From a virus (taxonomy: Duplodnaviria; Caudoviricetes): DNA of 64,000 nucleotides. The stretch spans positions 1-64,000 of IMG/VR virus record IMGVR_UViG_3300046531_000318; one strand, given 5' to 3'. The notes beneath the pieces are model-generated. The model ran no database searches and was not told the DNA's origin. It saw nothing but the letters and a program-made list of their open reading frames with translations. The position numbers and the translations under genes are program-made. Shown here piece after piece: positions 1-9,507 of this stretch (position 1 is the first letter of the stretch; the number at the start of each line of letters is the position of its first letter).

Positions 1-339
1 CATCTGGCTGTCATATCCATCAGCTACACCGACTATGCGCAGCCCGCGGTGCTCCAAGCGACGAACAATGCGCTCCTGCTCTACCTGGTCGCGCGAGAGT
101 CGATCAAGCCCCTCGACGATCAACACGTCGAACCGGTCGGCGAGTGCATCGGCTAACAGGTGCGAACCACCCGGGCGCGCCGCAACCGGCACGCTGCCCG
201 ATACGCCTTCGTCGCGGTACTGGCCGACGACCGTCATGCCCTCTGATGCCGCGCGCGACGTGCACACGCGGATCTGGTCGGCGACGGACGTCTCGCGCTG
301 CTTGTCGGTCGAGAAGCGGGAATAGATCAGTGCACGCAT
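1..339 (-). CDS. Large serine recombinase/integrase, N-terminal catalytic domain (runs off window start)
   Basis: Manual translation from ATG 339 gives MRALIYSRFSTDKQRETSVADQIRVC...DEGVSG...RPG...DVLIVEGLDRLSRD, with the YxRxS catalytic Ser and DRLSR motifs. Not in the ORF track. Confidence 0.85.
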   Translation of the reverse strand, partial: MRALIYSRFSTDKQRETSVADQIRVCTSRAASEGMTVVGQYRDEGVSGSVPVAARPGGSHLLADALADRFDVLIVEGLDRLSRDQVEQERIVRRLEHRGLRIVGVADGYDSQM

Positions 340-476
340 TCTGTTTGTGTTGATTCTTGTGCGGATTGTTGGCGGATGCGGTCCTCAGCGCGCTCGGCGA
401 GAATGTCGTCGGCAACGCGCTCGGCAAGAAAGTCGAGCAGGTCGGACCATGCATCAGGATTCTTTTCGGCGAACAT
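327..476 (-). CDS. 49-aa ORF overlapping the recombinase start (possible directionality factor)
   Basis: MFAEKNPDAWSDLLDFLAERVADDILAE...CVH*, preceded by a GGGGGTG RBS-like run. Function inferred from position only. Confidence 0.4.
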   Translation of the reverse strand: MFAEKNPDAWSDLLDFLAERVADDILAERAEDRIRQQSAQESTQTECVH

Positions 477-542
477 GTTACACCCCCGCTGAAATGCCCC
501 AGTTACGGGCAGTCGTTGCGATTACCTTCTGTGCCGCTTCAA

Positions 543-965
543 TCACGTTCTAGCCTCGTACGGTCCGAACAGCGCCGCGATGAACGGATCACGAAACGCC
601 GGCCGCGCCAGTTCTCTTCTGATTCGCTCGCGCCGTTCTGCATCGGCCTTTTCCATTTTCGTCATGGCATGCCGCGTCTTGTACGCGCGATTCTTTGCGC
701 GCCGTTCCTCCGCGGTCTGCGTAGGCGGTTTCGGCGCATCGGTGCCGGGTCCGAAAATGAACCGGGCAACATGCCGGTAGCTGCGCCCCTCCAGTTTCCA
801 TCCCGCGATGTGCACCTTGCTTTCCGCCTGGAGAACGTCAAGGACGCCCCTGATACACGGCTGCGACAGGCCTGACGCAACGGCTATCTCTGGTATGGTG
901 CGGGCGCGCCTTTTGATAACGGCGCTCACCTGAGCAATGTTTTCTGCGCGTGGTTTGCTCATCAT
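543..965 (-). CDS. Winged-HTH phage protein
   Basis: TIPEIAVASGLSQPCIRGVL HTH-like segment. Confidence 0.55.
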   Translation of the reverse strand: MMSKPRAENIAQVSAVIKRRARTIPEIAVASGLSQPCIRGVLDVLQAESKVHIAGWKLEGRSYRHVARFIFGPGTDAPKPPTQTAEERRAKNRAYKTRHAMTKMEKADAERRERIRRELARPAFRDPFIAALFGPYEART

Positions 966-3900
966 TTCATGTCTCCGCTTGCGGATTGAGCGGCGGTCAG
1001 GAGGGCGCGGCCAGCTTGCACAACATCGTCTGGATGGCTATGCAGGTCGGCGATGTCCTTCAGAGCCTGCCATACCTCATCATCCGTCAGAGCCAGTTCC
1101 GTCTGTGCCACAGGTTCCTTCAGCGTCTCGCGCCGGATCGCATCGCGCGCATCATCCGTGAGCGCTGTCTGTGCTGGCGGGGCGGTGTGGACGTTTCGCA
1201 GTTCTGCGATGATCTGACGTGCGGCGTCTGCACGGTGATCTGAGGCGCCAGTGTTGTCGCCGCTACGCGCTTGCTGCTCCCAATGTTCGGCGAATTCCTC
1301 ACAAATCTCGATGGCGACCTTCATAGCTGACGGTTCATTCTGACTTTGCATATTCAGCCCCGTTGACGATGATTACTTCGTTGACGAACCCCAGTAGTGC
1401 ATCAAGGCGCGGATTTCCAAGCGCATACTTGTTGGCGATCTCAGCTATCTGATCCAGTCGAATTGCGATAGCCGCACCCTGCGCCACATTGGCGGAAGTT
1501 GATGCGGCGCGGGCACGTTCTGGCACGGTGTGGTCACACCCTTCGACGCCATTGCAGATCGGGCACGGCAGGTTAGTCTCTTTATCTCGACTGTTCGCGT
1601 CAAAGTCTATGACGGCTTTGATTCGACTCTCCAGAGCTTCGGCTTTGCCGGGCCACCCACCCTGACGAAGCATTCCGCACACGCTGTCTGCGTAGTGGCA
1701 GACGTTACGCAAAAGCTCGATCAATTCGCGCTCGTCCTGCTCGACCAATGGCGCGGCAAGGGACGCGGCACATGGCCCTTCATGCCCCTTGGTGCGGGAG
1801 CACGTCCATCCCGCTGGCGGTTTGTCGCATGGCTCGATCGGTGAGAGGATTTCCCCAGCGCAAATCTTCACCCCGCTTCGGAACAGCGAATTCTTGCTCT
1901 GCTCCAGTATGCGATCACGTGCCTGCTCGACATCTTCACGCGTTACTGCGGCCTCTTGCATGTCGATAGCGGCAGGCTGGCGGGCGAGAAGGGCACGCAG
2001 ATCATCGACCGTGATAGTCACGACTGTGCCGGGGCTGTCCTGTACCGTGGCGACCGTTTGGCCGACGCCGTTCATTTCCCATGCTTCGATGAAGTACTTC
2101 AGTTTGTCGCTCATGCCTGTTCCCCGTTAGATGCGGCAGGAGCGGCGGCGAAACGATCGGACATCAGGAAATCGCGCACCGTATGCCACTCTGCGTTGCG
2201 GTACGTACCGTAGGCATAGATGCGCGTCTCGTGCAGGTTGTGACCGTTGCGACCGAGATAGTCCTTGCATCCCTGCTCGGTGAAGCAGGCCGTCACAAAA
2301 TCCCAATATTCGTGGTAGCCAAGGCGCCTGTACCCGCGCGGCTCCTTGTTGTAATCCTGCTGATATACGGCCTCAAGCTCTGCGTCCTTCTCGGCATCGA
2401 CTTCATCGCCGTCGTCGGTTACCCAGACAATCTTTGGGCCGTAGCTTTCGTCAATCCCATAAACGCGCTTCTTTTCCTGAACAGCGAACATTGGCGCGGC
2501 CGTGATCCGGTTGTCCTGCGTATGCAGCAGGTCGTGAATCGCCCGAAGCTCGGCCGGCGCTTGCGCTCCGCCAGCAGCTATCGCGGCGACGTTCTCGCTG
2601 AGGTATCCGGCAAGTGCGCAAGCGAAGTCAGCGGCGAGCCGTTCCTCGATGTAGCGTTGGAAGTCATGCCGGCGGAGGTGCGTCGCGAAGAATTCCGCGA
2701 GGAAGGCTCGGCCGCCCGCGCTGGTGCTCAGGTCGTGCTGGCCGATGGGCTGCTGTTGTTTGTTCATGATGTCCTCGGTGTCAGTCGTCGTTCAGAGCGC
2801 GCTTGATCTGCTTGGCGTTCAGGCCGGCGGCTTTGCAGCCCGCTTCGGTCGCGCGGTAGTACTTCATTTCGTCACGGATGCTGTAGATCTGAACCAGTCC
2901 GAGCGTCTGCATGCGCTCGAGCGCGTCCATCGCCGGTCCACCGCTGGTGGCGTAGTAGTTTCGGTATCCCCATTGCGATCGCTTGTCCGTATCGGCGCCG
3001 AGCATGTGGCGCAGCTTGCGGAGGTCGCTTTCGCTCAGATGCCTGCGCTCGTGTTCGGCACGCTCCTGGCCGAGCTTCCAGTACGGCTCGAGCCAGTGGC
3101 CCGGTTGCGGCGCCGGATCGCCGCGGTAGCCGAATGCGATCGCGCCGTTGATCGCTTCGCACGTCAGATTGCGCTCGAGCTGGATCTGCGCTGACGTGCC
3201 GCGTGGTGCCTGTGCCTGCGCTTCAGGGGTGGTGGCCGCCTCTTGCGCACGGACCAGCGCACGCGACAGCCAGCGGATGCGCTCCTTCGCTGCTGTCAGC
3301 CAGACGATGGGCGGGTGGTAGTCGGGGTCTTTGGCAAGGACGCGGGCGATGTCCATCGGCCGATCGGCGTTCATGTACACGCCGTTTGCGAGTTCGTCGT
3401 CGGTCAGCATGCCCAGCGTCAATGCTGCGCGCTCGCCGTCGTAGTGGCCAGCATGCGGGTCCGGTTCGCCGTCGACGCGCCATTGAGCGGCGGGCGTGCT
3501 TACGGTCGAAGGTGAGGCGTTTTGTGCGGTCACAGTGCTGCTTCCTGTTGTTTGCGGGCCCAGCGTCCGCCGACCATATGCAGTCGGCCGGCGCGGCGCT
3601 CGGTGGTGATGAAGTGGTCGACGGCGCGCTGCGCGGTGCCAGCGATGCGGCTGAGGCCGACACGCTCGGCGACGTCTACGAGGTCGCTGGTGCGCGCGTC
3701 GCCGCGTTGCACTCGCGCCTCGAGCGCGGCGGTCTGAATGGGGCAGAGGTTGATCATTTGCCTTGTTTCTCGGCTCTTTGTAGGCGTCCGAGGTGGACGT
3801 GCTCGTTGAATTCCTTGCGGCCGATACGCTCCTGCACGTAGATGCGTCGCGCCAGCGTCTCGTCGCCTTCGAGCGTGGCGACGCGGATTGCCTCGAGCGC

Positions 3901-6702
3901 GAGGTCGCGCCGTGAGTAGCGCCGGCCGCGTTGCTTGCGTTCTTTCATTGCGGGTTGGTTTTCCATCGGCAGCCGGCGCACTTAGGATCGTCAGGCGTCA
4001 GCTGCGCGTGCTTGCAGTCTTTGCTCATCGGGTCGGGGATCTCGATCATTCGCGGCAGGCGCGTCATTTCCCGCTTGCCCGTTGGGGAGCCTTCGGCGGC
4101 CAGATGCGTGCACAGCCATCCGTCCTGCACGATGACCGTAGCTTTGGGCTCGGGGCCGTTGAAGCAGCCGTACTTACTCACTGCGAATCCTCGGCTTGGT
4201 TGAAAAGGGCCGCGCCTCGGACAAGCAGACATGCTCCGGCTGCGATGAGGGCGAAGGCGGCGCCTATGGATTGCAGGAGCGTCACACGGTCCCCGCTTGC
4301 TCGAGCATCGTGTGCGCGTCACGCATCCACATCGTGACGAACTGGATCATGTCCGCGCCGGAGAGGTGCTCGTTTTCTTCGATGTCGGGATATTCGGCGA
4401 AGAAGCGCAGGATCAGTTCGGTCAGACGCTGCTCGAGCGGTGTCGGCAGGGCCGCATCGGTCGCGAGCCATGACTCCCACATATCCTGTTCGCGCTTTGA
4501 CTTGTACTTGCCGTCGGCGCTGCGCTCGAGGATCAGTTCCTGCACGAATCGCGAGTCTGGCCGCGTGCGGAAATACGCCTCGAAGCGCTCGCGGGAGGCG
4601 TCGAGCATGCGTTCGCCGCCCGGTTCTGCCAGCAGCCTGGCGAGCACTGCGTCGGCGAAGGCGATCTCTGCCTCGACTGCATTGCTGCCCGGCTTGCCGA
4701 TGAACGTGCGCAGTTCGTGTAGCGCCCGCGCGAGCGGGACGTGGATGTTCCAGCGGCGCTCGATCTCACCGGCAATCGCTCGCGCTTCGTCCGTAGCCGG
4801 TACAGATGCGCCATTGGGGCGCTCCATGACGGCGACGACCGGCCCGTTGGTCGGGTCTGTCGCGACGAGATAGACGTCGCCGCCCGTGTCAAAGGAGAAC
4901 AGTTTCTCGTTGAGGACGTGTGCGGTAGTCATTGAATGCCTGCCTTTCGGAGCGCCGCGATCGCGCGCTCGGCGATGTCGACCTGTTCGGTCATTGGGAT
5001 GTCGTTGCGGGTGGCCACGCGCAGCAGTGCCTGCGTCGCCTCGATGAGGTCGGGCAGGGCGCTGTACGCGCGCGCTTGCGCTTCGGCGTCGATCTGCCGC
5101 GTGAAGGGGAAGCGTCCGACGACTATCGTCTCGCCGTCCGAGTTCGTCGCCGTCACTGTGATGTCGGACAGGGTCGCGGTGCCCATCGCGTACGGGCCGT
5201 TGTGAAAGCCGGTGGTCTGTGTTTTCGCCTTCGGGTTCACGCTGCCTCCGCTTTTTCAAGGGGTTTGCAGTGAGTGACCAGCACGCAGCCCGACTTGCCT
5301 TCGAGCCAAACGACCGCGCTGTGTCCGCTCAGCACCTGCGCATCGGTGGCGGTTCGATACCGTTTCGCCTCCGTAACGCCGATCACTTCCTCGTACTCGA
5401 CGGAATCGCCGACCTTCACGCGCTCGTTGAATTCCGCGACGAGCTTCGCGGGATCCGGTCGGCGCTTCATTGCGCTTGCTGCCGGCGGAAGTTGAAGGAG
5501 GGGTGAAAGGTCTGCGCGGATGCCGGGCGTTGGATGTGCGTGTGGATCCGCACCTGCTTGGCGGCCTCGTCGTCGGCGAGTTCGCACTTGAGGCGCTTGA
5601 CTCGGCCTTCGAGCATCGGGACGTGCGCCTGCAGGAGTTCCAGATCGTGCTTGGCGACGACCAGCTCCATCTCGGCGCGCTCGAGCCGCTTGCGCTTTTC
5701 GCGGGTGGGGCTGTAGTCGGTGAACGCTGCGATTACTGCGCGGAAGATCTTGAACATGCTGTTCTCCTTGTTTTTCCGTGGGTTCAGGCGTGGGACGGCT
5801 CGGGACTGCAGTTGGTGCAATTGACGTCGCTGTCGAGGTTCGCTTGCGCTGCTGCGACTGCCTCCGCGCGCTCGACTTGGGCGAGCACTCCCTTCAGCGC
5901 GTCCTTCTGTGTGATGAGCGCATCGTGAAATGCGCGCGCCATGTGGGCGAGTGCTTCGCGTGCCAGTTCGGGGAAATGCTCCCTGACGACAATCGCGAGT
6001 GATGCGTCGAATGCTGCGCACTGGTGGACCGCCTGCTCGACGTTGTGAGGCTGGTGACGGATCTGCGTCGCTACCGTAAGCGTGTGCAACTTGCCGTGTT
6101 CGCGCGGTCCCCACGATCCAATCCGCCGGACGTATTCCTCCGCGTCGTGGAGGTTCTTCTGGAGCGTCTCGGCGCGTTCTGCCGCGTCCGTGATCTGTTT
6201 GGGCGTCATACGGTGCCTCGCGTGGTGTGGTGGGTCGGTGCTGCGTTGTGGATCGGTTCGGGTGTCACGCGGCTCACGCCAAGCACAAAGGCGACGTAGA
6301 GGATCAAGCCCACTGCGCCGGCACTCACGGCCATGTAGGTGAGCAGGCGCAGGGTGGAGGGCGCCTGCGGATGCGCGGCAGCGCGGCGCTTCGTCGGCGC
6401 TGTGCTGGTTCCCTTGAGAAGGCTCGACTTTGCGGCGGCGCTGCGCGCGATCGTGATCGTGTTCATGCGTGTTCCCCGGGGGTGTATTCGGTGAGGAGTT
6501 GGAACGCGCCGCTGTCGACCATCTGGAAGGTCCGCTCGATGGCTGCTGTCACGCAGACGTCCAGTTGGTCGGTAAGGCGCTTGTGTCCGGCCGCAATGCA
6601 GCCGATCACCACTTCGGGAGGCAGACCGTTCTTGCTCGCTATGTGCGCTATGGCGTGCTTCCTGATCGCTGCGGCTACCTGCGTGGTTGTTGCCTTCTGC
6701 AT
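962..6702 (-). other. Leftward early operon of about 13 small overlapping hypothetical phage genes (962-1351, 1335-2114, 2111-2767, 2781-3533, 3530-3757, 3754-3981, 4282-4932, 4929-5240, 5237-5470, 5467-5757, 5784-6209, 6206-6466, 6463-6702)
   Basis: Head-to-tail ORFs with ATGA/GTGA overlaps and GAGG/GGAG RBSs. Confidence 0.7.
2111..2767 (-). CDS. Ead/Ea22-like phage protein
   Basis: TQDNRITAAPMFAVQ...FVTACFTEQGCKDYL..NGHNL...IYAYGTYRNAEW pattern. Confidence 0.6.
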   Translation of the reverse strand: MNKQQQPIGQHDLSTSAGGRAFLAEFFATHLRRHDFQRYIEERLAADFACALAGYLSENVAAIAAGGAQAPAELRAIHDLLHTQDNRITAAPMFAVQEKKRVYGIDESYGPKIVWVTDDGDEVDAEKDAELEAVYQQDYNKEPRGYRRLGYHEYWDFVTACFTEQGCKDYLGRNGHNLHETRIYAYGTYRNAEWHTVRDFLMSDRFAAAPAASNGEQA

Positions 6703-6743
6703 CTCTGCCTCCGTTGGTGTGAGGCAATTGTGTAAGTTATGAA

Positions 6744-6778
6744 TCTGCGCGTCAAGCAGAAAATGCGCCCCACGCAGA
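6744..6778. promoter_or_regulatory. Tandem TCTGC-N7-GCAGA operator-like palindromes
   Basis: TCTGCgcgtcaaGCAGA and aaTGCgccccacGCAGA with an 18-bp period, upstream of the leftward operon. Confidence 0.55.
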
Positions 6779-6882
6779 GAAATGTTTGATATGCTTGTCG
6801 CTGTTTCTGCTGATAACACAGCAAAAGCTATTTCCTGTTGTCGGGCTGTTGCCACGTAAACATCGAATGGGCTCCGCGTGTT

Positions 6883-6898
6883 GTCGTGACAGCAGACT
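6883..6898 (+). promoter_or_regulatory. Late promoter motif
   Basis: GTCGTGAC-ag-CAGACT upstream of the terS candidate. Confidence 0.65.
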
Positions 6899-6929
6899 GG
6901 TCAGGTCGAATCTCTCAGGGCGTTTGGTG

Positions 6930-7550
6930 ATGGCGCGGGTATCAATCAGTGACGAGCAGTGGGAAGTGGCGCGTCTCCAATGGGAGAGCGACCCAATGGT
7001 CACGTTCGCTGATATCGCGGAAGAACTTGGGACTTCGCGGCAGGCCGTCCAGCTGCGCTCAAAGCGCAAGAGTTGGCAGCGTCGGCTCGATCTCGCGGCT
7101 GTGGCGGAGAAAGCTCATGCTGCTGCTGATTCTAAATTTACACATTTGGCTGTCGAGAGCCCCGAACAGGCGGCGTCTGTTTACTCGGGCTCGCCTGAAA
7201 TCACGACTCGCGCGCCGATACAGCGCACGTTGCCGGAGGTGCCGCGCGACATGCCGGCGGATAAGGCTGCGGTGGTGATGGAGCAGGCTGCGGTCGACAA
7301 GCGCACGGAAGTGCTCACGCAGCATCGGACGGAACTGAAGGCCGTTCGTGGCGTGCTCTATACCGCCATGAAGAACGCGGACATTGACGCCGCCAAGCGG
7401 GCGAAGATTCTGGCCGAGGGCATGAAGGTGTTGCAGGACGGCGAGCGCAAGGCGTGGGGGCTCGAGACCGATGCGCCCAAGCCTGGCGCGGCTGGCGCTG
7501 CCGTCACGGTGAACGTCAATCGGCGCGCGGGGGTCAAGGTTGCGCGCTGA
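6930..7550 (+). CDS. Probable terminase small subunit
   Basis: N-terminal HTH (WEVARLQWE..TFADIAEELGTSRQAVQLRSKRKSW), helical core, GERKAWGL end; preceded by the late motif. Confidence 0.6.
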   Translation: MARVSISDEQWEVARLQWESDPMVTFADIAEELGTSRQAVQLRSKRKSWQRRLDLAAVAEKAHAAADSKFTHLAVESPEQAASVYSGSPEITTRAPIQRTLPEVPRDMPADKAAVVMEQAAVDKRTEVLTQHRTELKAVRGVLYTAMKNADIDAAKRAKILAEGMKVLQDGERKAWGLETDAPKPGAAGAAVTVNVNRRAGVKVAR

Positions 7551-8136
7551 TCGCTTCTCTCTCTGCTGTGGCGCGGACTCGCATGATGGTCTGGCGCGTC
7601 GCGTTCAAGTCCCGGGCCAACTCGGACACGCCGGCTCCGCCACGCAGCCGTGCGAGCGCGTAGGAGCGCTCTGCGTCGGTCAGGGCGGGCGGACGTCCCA
7701 TGCGTTTGCCTTCGGCCTTCGCGCGGCTCAATCCCGCCTGCGTGCGCTCTATCAACAGGTCGCGTTCAAACTCGGCGACCGCGCCAAGCACGCCCATCGT
7801 CATCTTGCCGGCCGCGCTGGTGAGGTCCATACCGCCCAGCGCGAGGCAGTGGACGCGCACGCCCATGTCGGCGAGCCGTTCGACCGTTGCGCGCACATCC
7901 ATCGCATTGCGCCCGAGGCGGTCCAGCTTCGTGACGATCAGCACGTCGTCTGCCTCGAGCCGGTCGAGCAGCTTGGCGAAGCCCGGGCGTTCGCTCGCCG
8001 CGACGCTGCCGCTGATGCTCTCCGCAACGATGCGCTTCGGCTCGATGGCGAAGCCTGCGGCCTGCACCTCGTTCAGTTGGTTGGCGGTCGTCTGCTCCGC
8101 GGTGCTCACTCGAGCGTAAAGGAAGGTTCTAGCCAT
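7534..8136 (-). CDS. Small serine recombinase (resolvase/invertase)
   Basis: YARVST, SGS..ERPG, VTKLDRLGR, AEFERDLLIERTQAGL, GRP and a C-terminal HTH. Confidence 0.95.
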   Translation of the reverse strand: MARTFLYARVSTAEQTTANQLNEVQAAGFAIEPKRIVAESISGSVAASERPGFAKLLDRLEADDVLIVTKLDRLGRNAMDVRATVERLADMGVRVHCLALGGMDLTSAAGKMTMGVLGAVAEFERDLLIERTQAGLSRAKAEGKRMGRPPALTDAERSYALARLRGGAGVSELARDLNATRQTIMRVRATAEREAISAQP

Positions 8137-8154
8137 TTTCTGCGCGTTCTCCGT

Positions 8155-8258
8155 GTGTACGAAATGGGTGTATTGATTATGCGCGTGGCACAGAAAGGCG
8201 CAAGCCTAATTTTCGTACACCTGTTTTCGGGGCGTACGGATGCGGTCGGTTTCGTACA
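8155..8258. repeat. res-like site upstream of the resolvase
   Basis: GTGTACGAAA (8155-64), its exact inverse TTTCGTACAC (8211-20) and TTTCGTACA (8250-58). Confidence 0.6.
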
Positions 8259-8322
8259 GCCGTGGGCTTCCTGCTCCGGCTGCTTCTCGTCGCGGCGCTC
8301 GCCGCTTTTCTCCCTGTAAAAC

Positions 8323-9300
8323 ATGAAAAAACTTGCAGCTTTGGTGATGCTGTTCGCGGTATGCGCCGTTGCTTTCGCGCTGCCGCGCCCGTCTCAGATC
8401 GAGGATGCCCTTGCGGCGCGTGACTACGTGAGCGCACGCGGCATGGTGCAGCAGGTGCTGGCGGAGCGGCCGGACAGCGCCCGCGCGCACCTGTTCAATG
8501 CCTACCTGCTCGAGCACGTCGACCACAACGTCGGCGCGGCGCGCGCTGAACTTCAAACGGCGACGGGGCTTGATAAGCGTGGCGATGTGAAGGGCTCGGC
8601 GCTGTTCGGTCGCGTCGTCGCTGAGATGGACGCGCAGTCTGCCGCGCGCCCGGCGCCGCGTCCGGTTGCCACGCCTGCCGCGCTGCCTGCTCGCGTCGCT
8701 CTGCCGGCACCACCGTTCCCTCTGTTTAAGTTCGTGGTGATTCTGCTGGCGCTCGTGCTGGTGGTGGCCGTGGTGATCTGGCTGATGCGTGATCGGCGCG
8801 CGCCCGCGGTCATCGTGAGCGGTGGCGGCTACAACTCGCCTGGCGTGCGGCAGTCGGCTCCGATCCAGCCGAGCGGCGGCTCGCCGGGGTACGCGCACAC
8901 AGCCGTCTACGAGCCCGCGTTCGGGCCGACGATCGTGCAGCAAGCGCCCATGCGCGGCGGCATGACAGCCGGCGAAAACTTCATGGCAACCGCGGGCGGC
9001 GTCGTGGCCGGCAACGTGATTAGCGACGCGCTGCTGCATCGCCATTCGCGCGACGACGACTACGAGCGCCGCCGGCGCGACGAAAGCTCGAGCAACACCA
9101 GCTATACGCCGCCTCCGGCTGATCCTACGCCCAGCGTGGACTACGCAAGCGAGCGCTCGTCGTTCTCGTCGTCCAGCAGCGGCTCCGACAGCTGGGGCTC
9201 GTCGTCGTCCAGCAGCAGCGACTACTCGTCGTCGTCCTCGTCATCGTCCGATTGGGGCAGCAGTTCGTCGGACAGCGGTTCCTCGTCGGATAGCTGGTGA
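8323..9300 (+). CDS. Exported/membrane TPR-like protein with Ser-rich tail
   Basis: Signal peptide, TPR-like helices, TM segment, glycine-zipper-like TAGGVVAG, poly-Ser C-terminus. Confidence 0.7.
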   Translation: MKKLAALVMLFAVCAVAFALPRPSQIEDALAARDYVSARGMVQQVLAERPDSARAHLFNAYLLEHVDHNVGAARAELQTATGLDKRGDVKGSALFGRVVAEMDAQSAARPAPRPVATPAALPARVALPAPPFPLFKFVVILLALVLVVAVVIWLMRDRRAPAVIVSGGGYNSPGVRQSAPIQPSGGSPGYAHTAVYEPAFGPTIVQQAPMRGGMTAGENFMATAGGVVAGNVISDALLHRHSRDDDYERRRRDESSSNTSYTPPPADPTPSVDYASERSSFSSSSSGSDSWGSSSSSSSDYSSSSSSSSDWGSSSSDSGSSSDSW

Positions 9301-9507
9301 TCGCATGTTGATCGACGCCGCACGCGAGGCCGAGTGGGCCGCCGACATTGAACGCTGCCTTGCCGCGTTCCGTGAGGCAGTGGCCGAGGCAAAGGAGGGC
9401 CGATTCGGCGCCGGAAAGCGCCTGATCGAGCGCGTCCGTGCGCGCGGCGGCGATCACATGGCCGAGGTTGCTCGCGCCGAACTGCGGAAGTACACGGGGG
9501 TGGCATC

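Noticed and set aside
6744-6778. LexA SOS boxes
   Set aside because: The pattern is CTGC-N7-GCAG, not CTGT-N8-ACAG.
9157-9297. TCG/AGC tandem repeats as an array or CRISPR
   Set aside because: They encode the poly-Ser tail; I saw no repeat-spacer array in the window.
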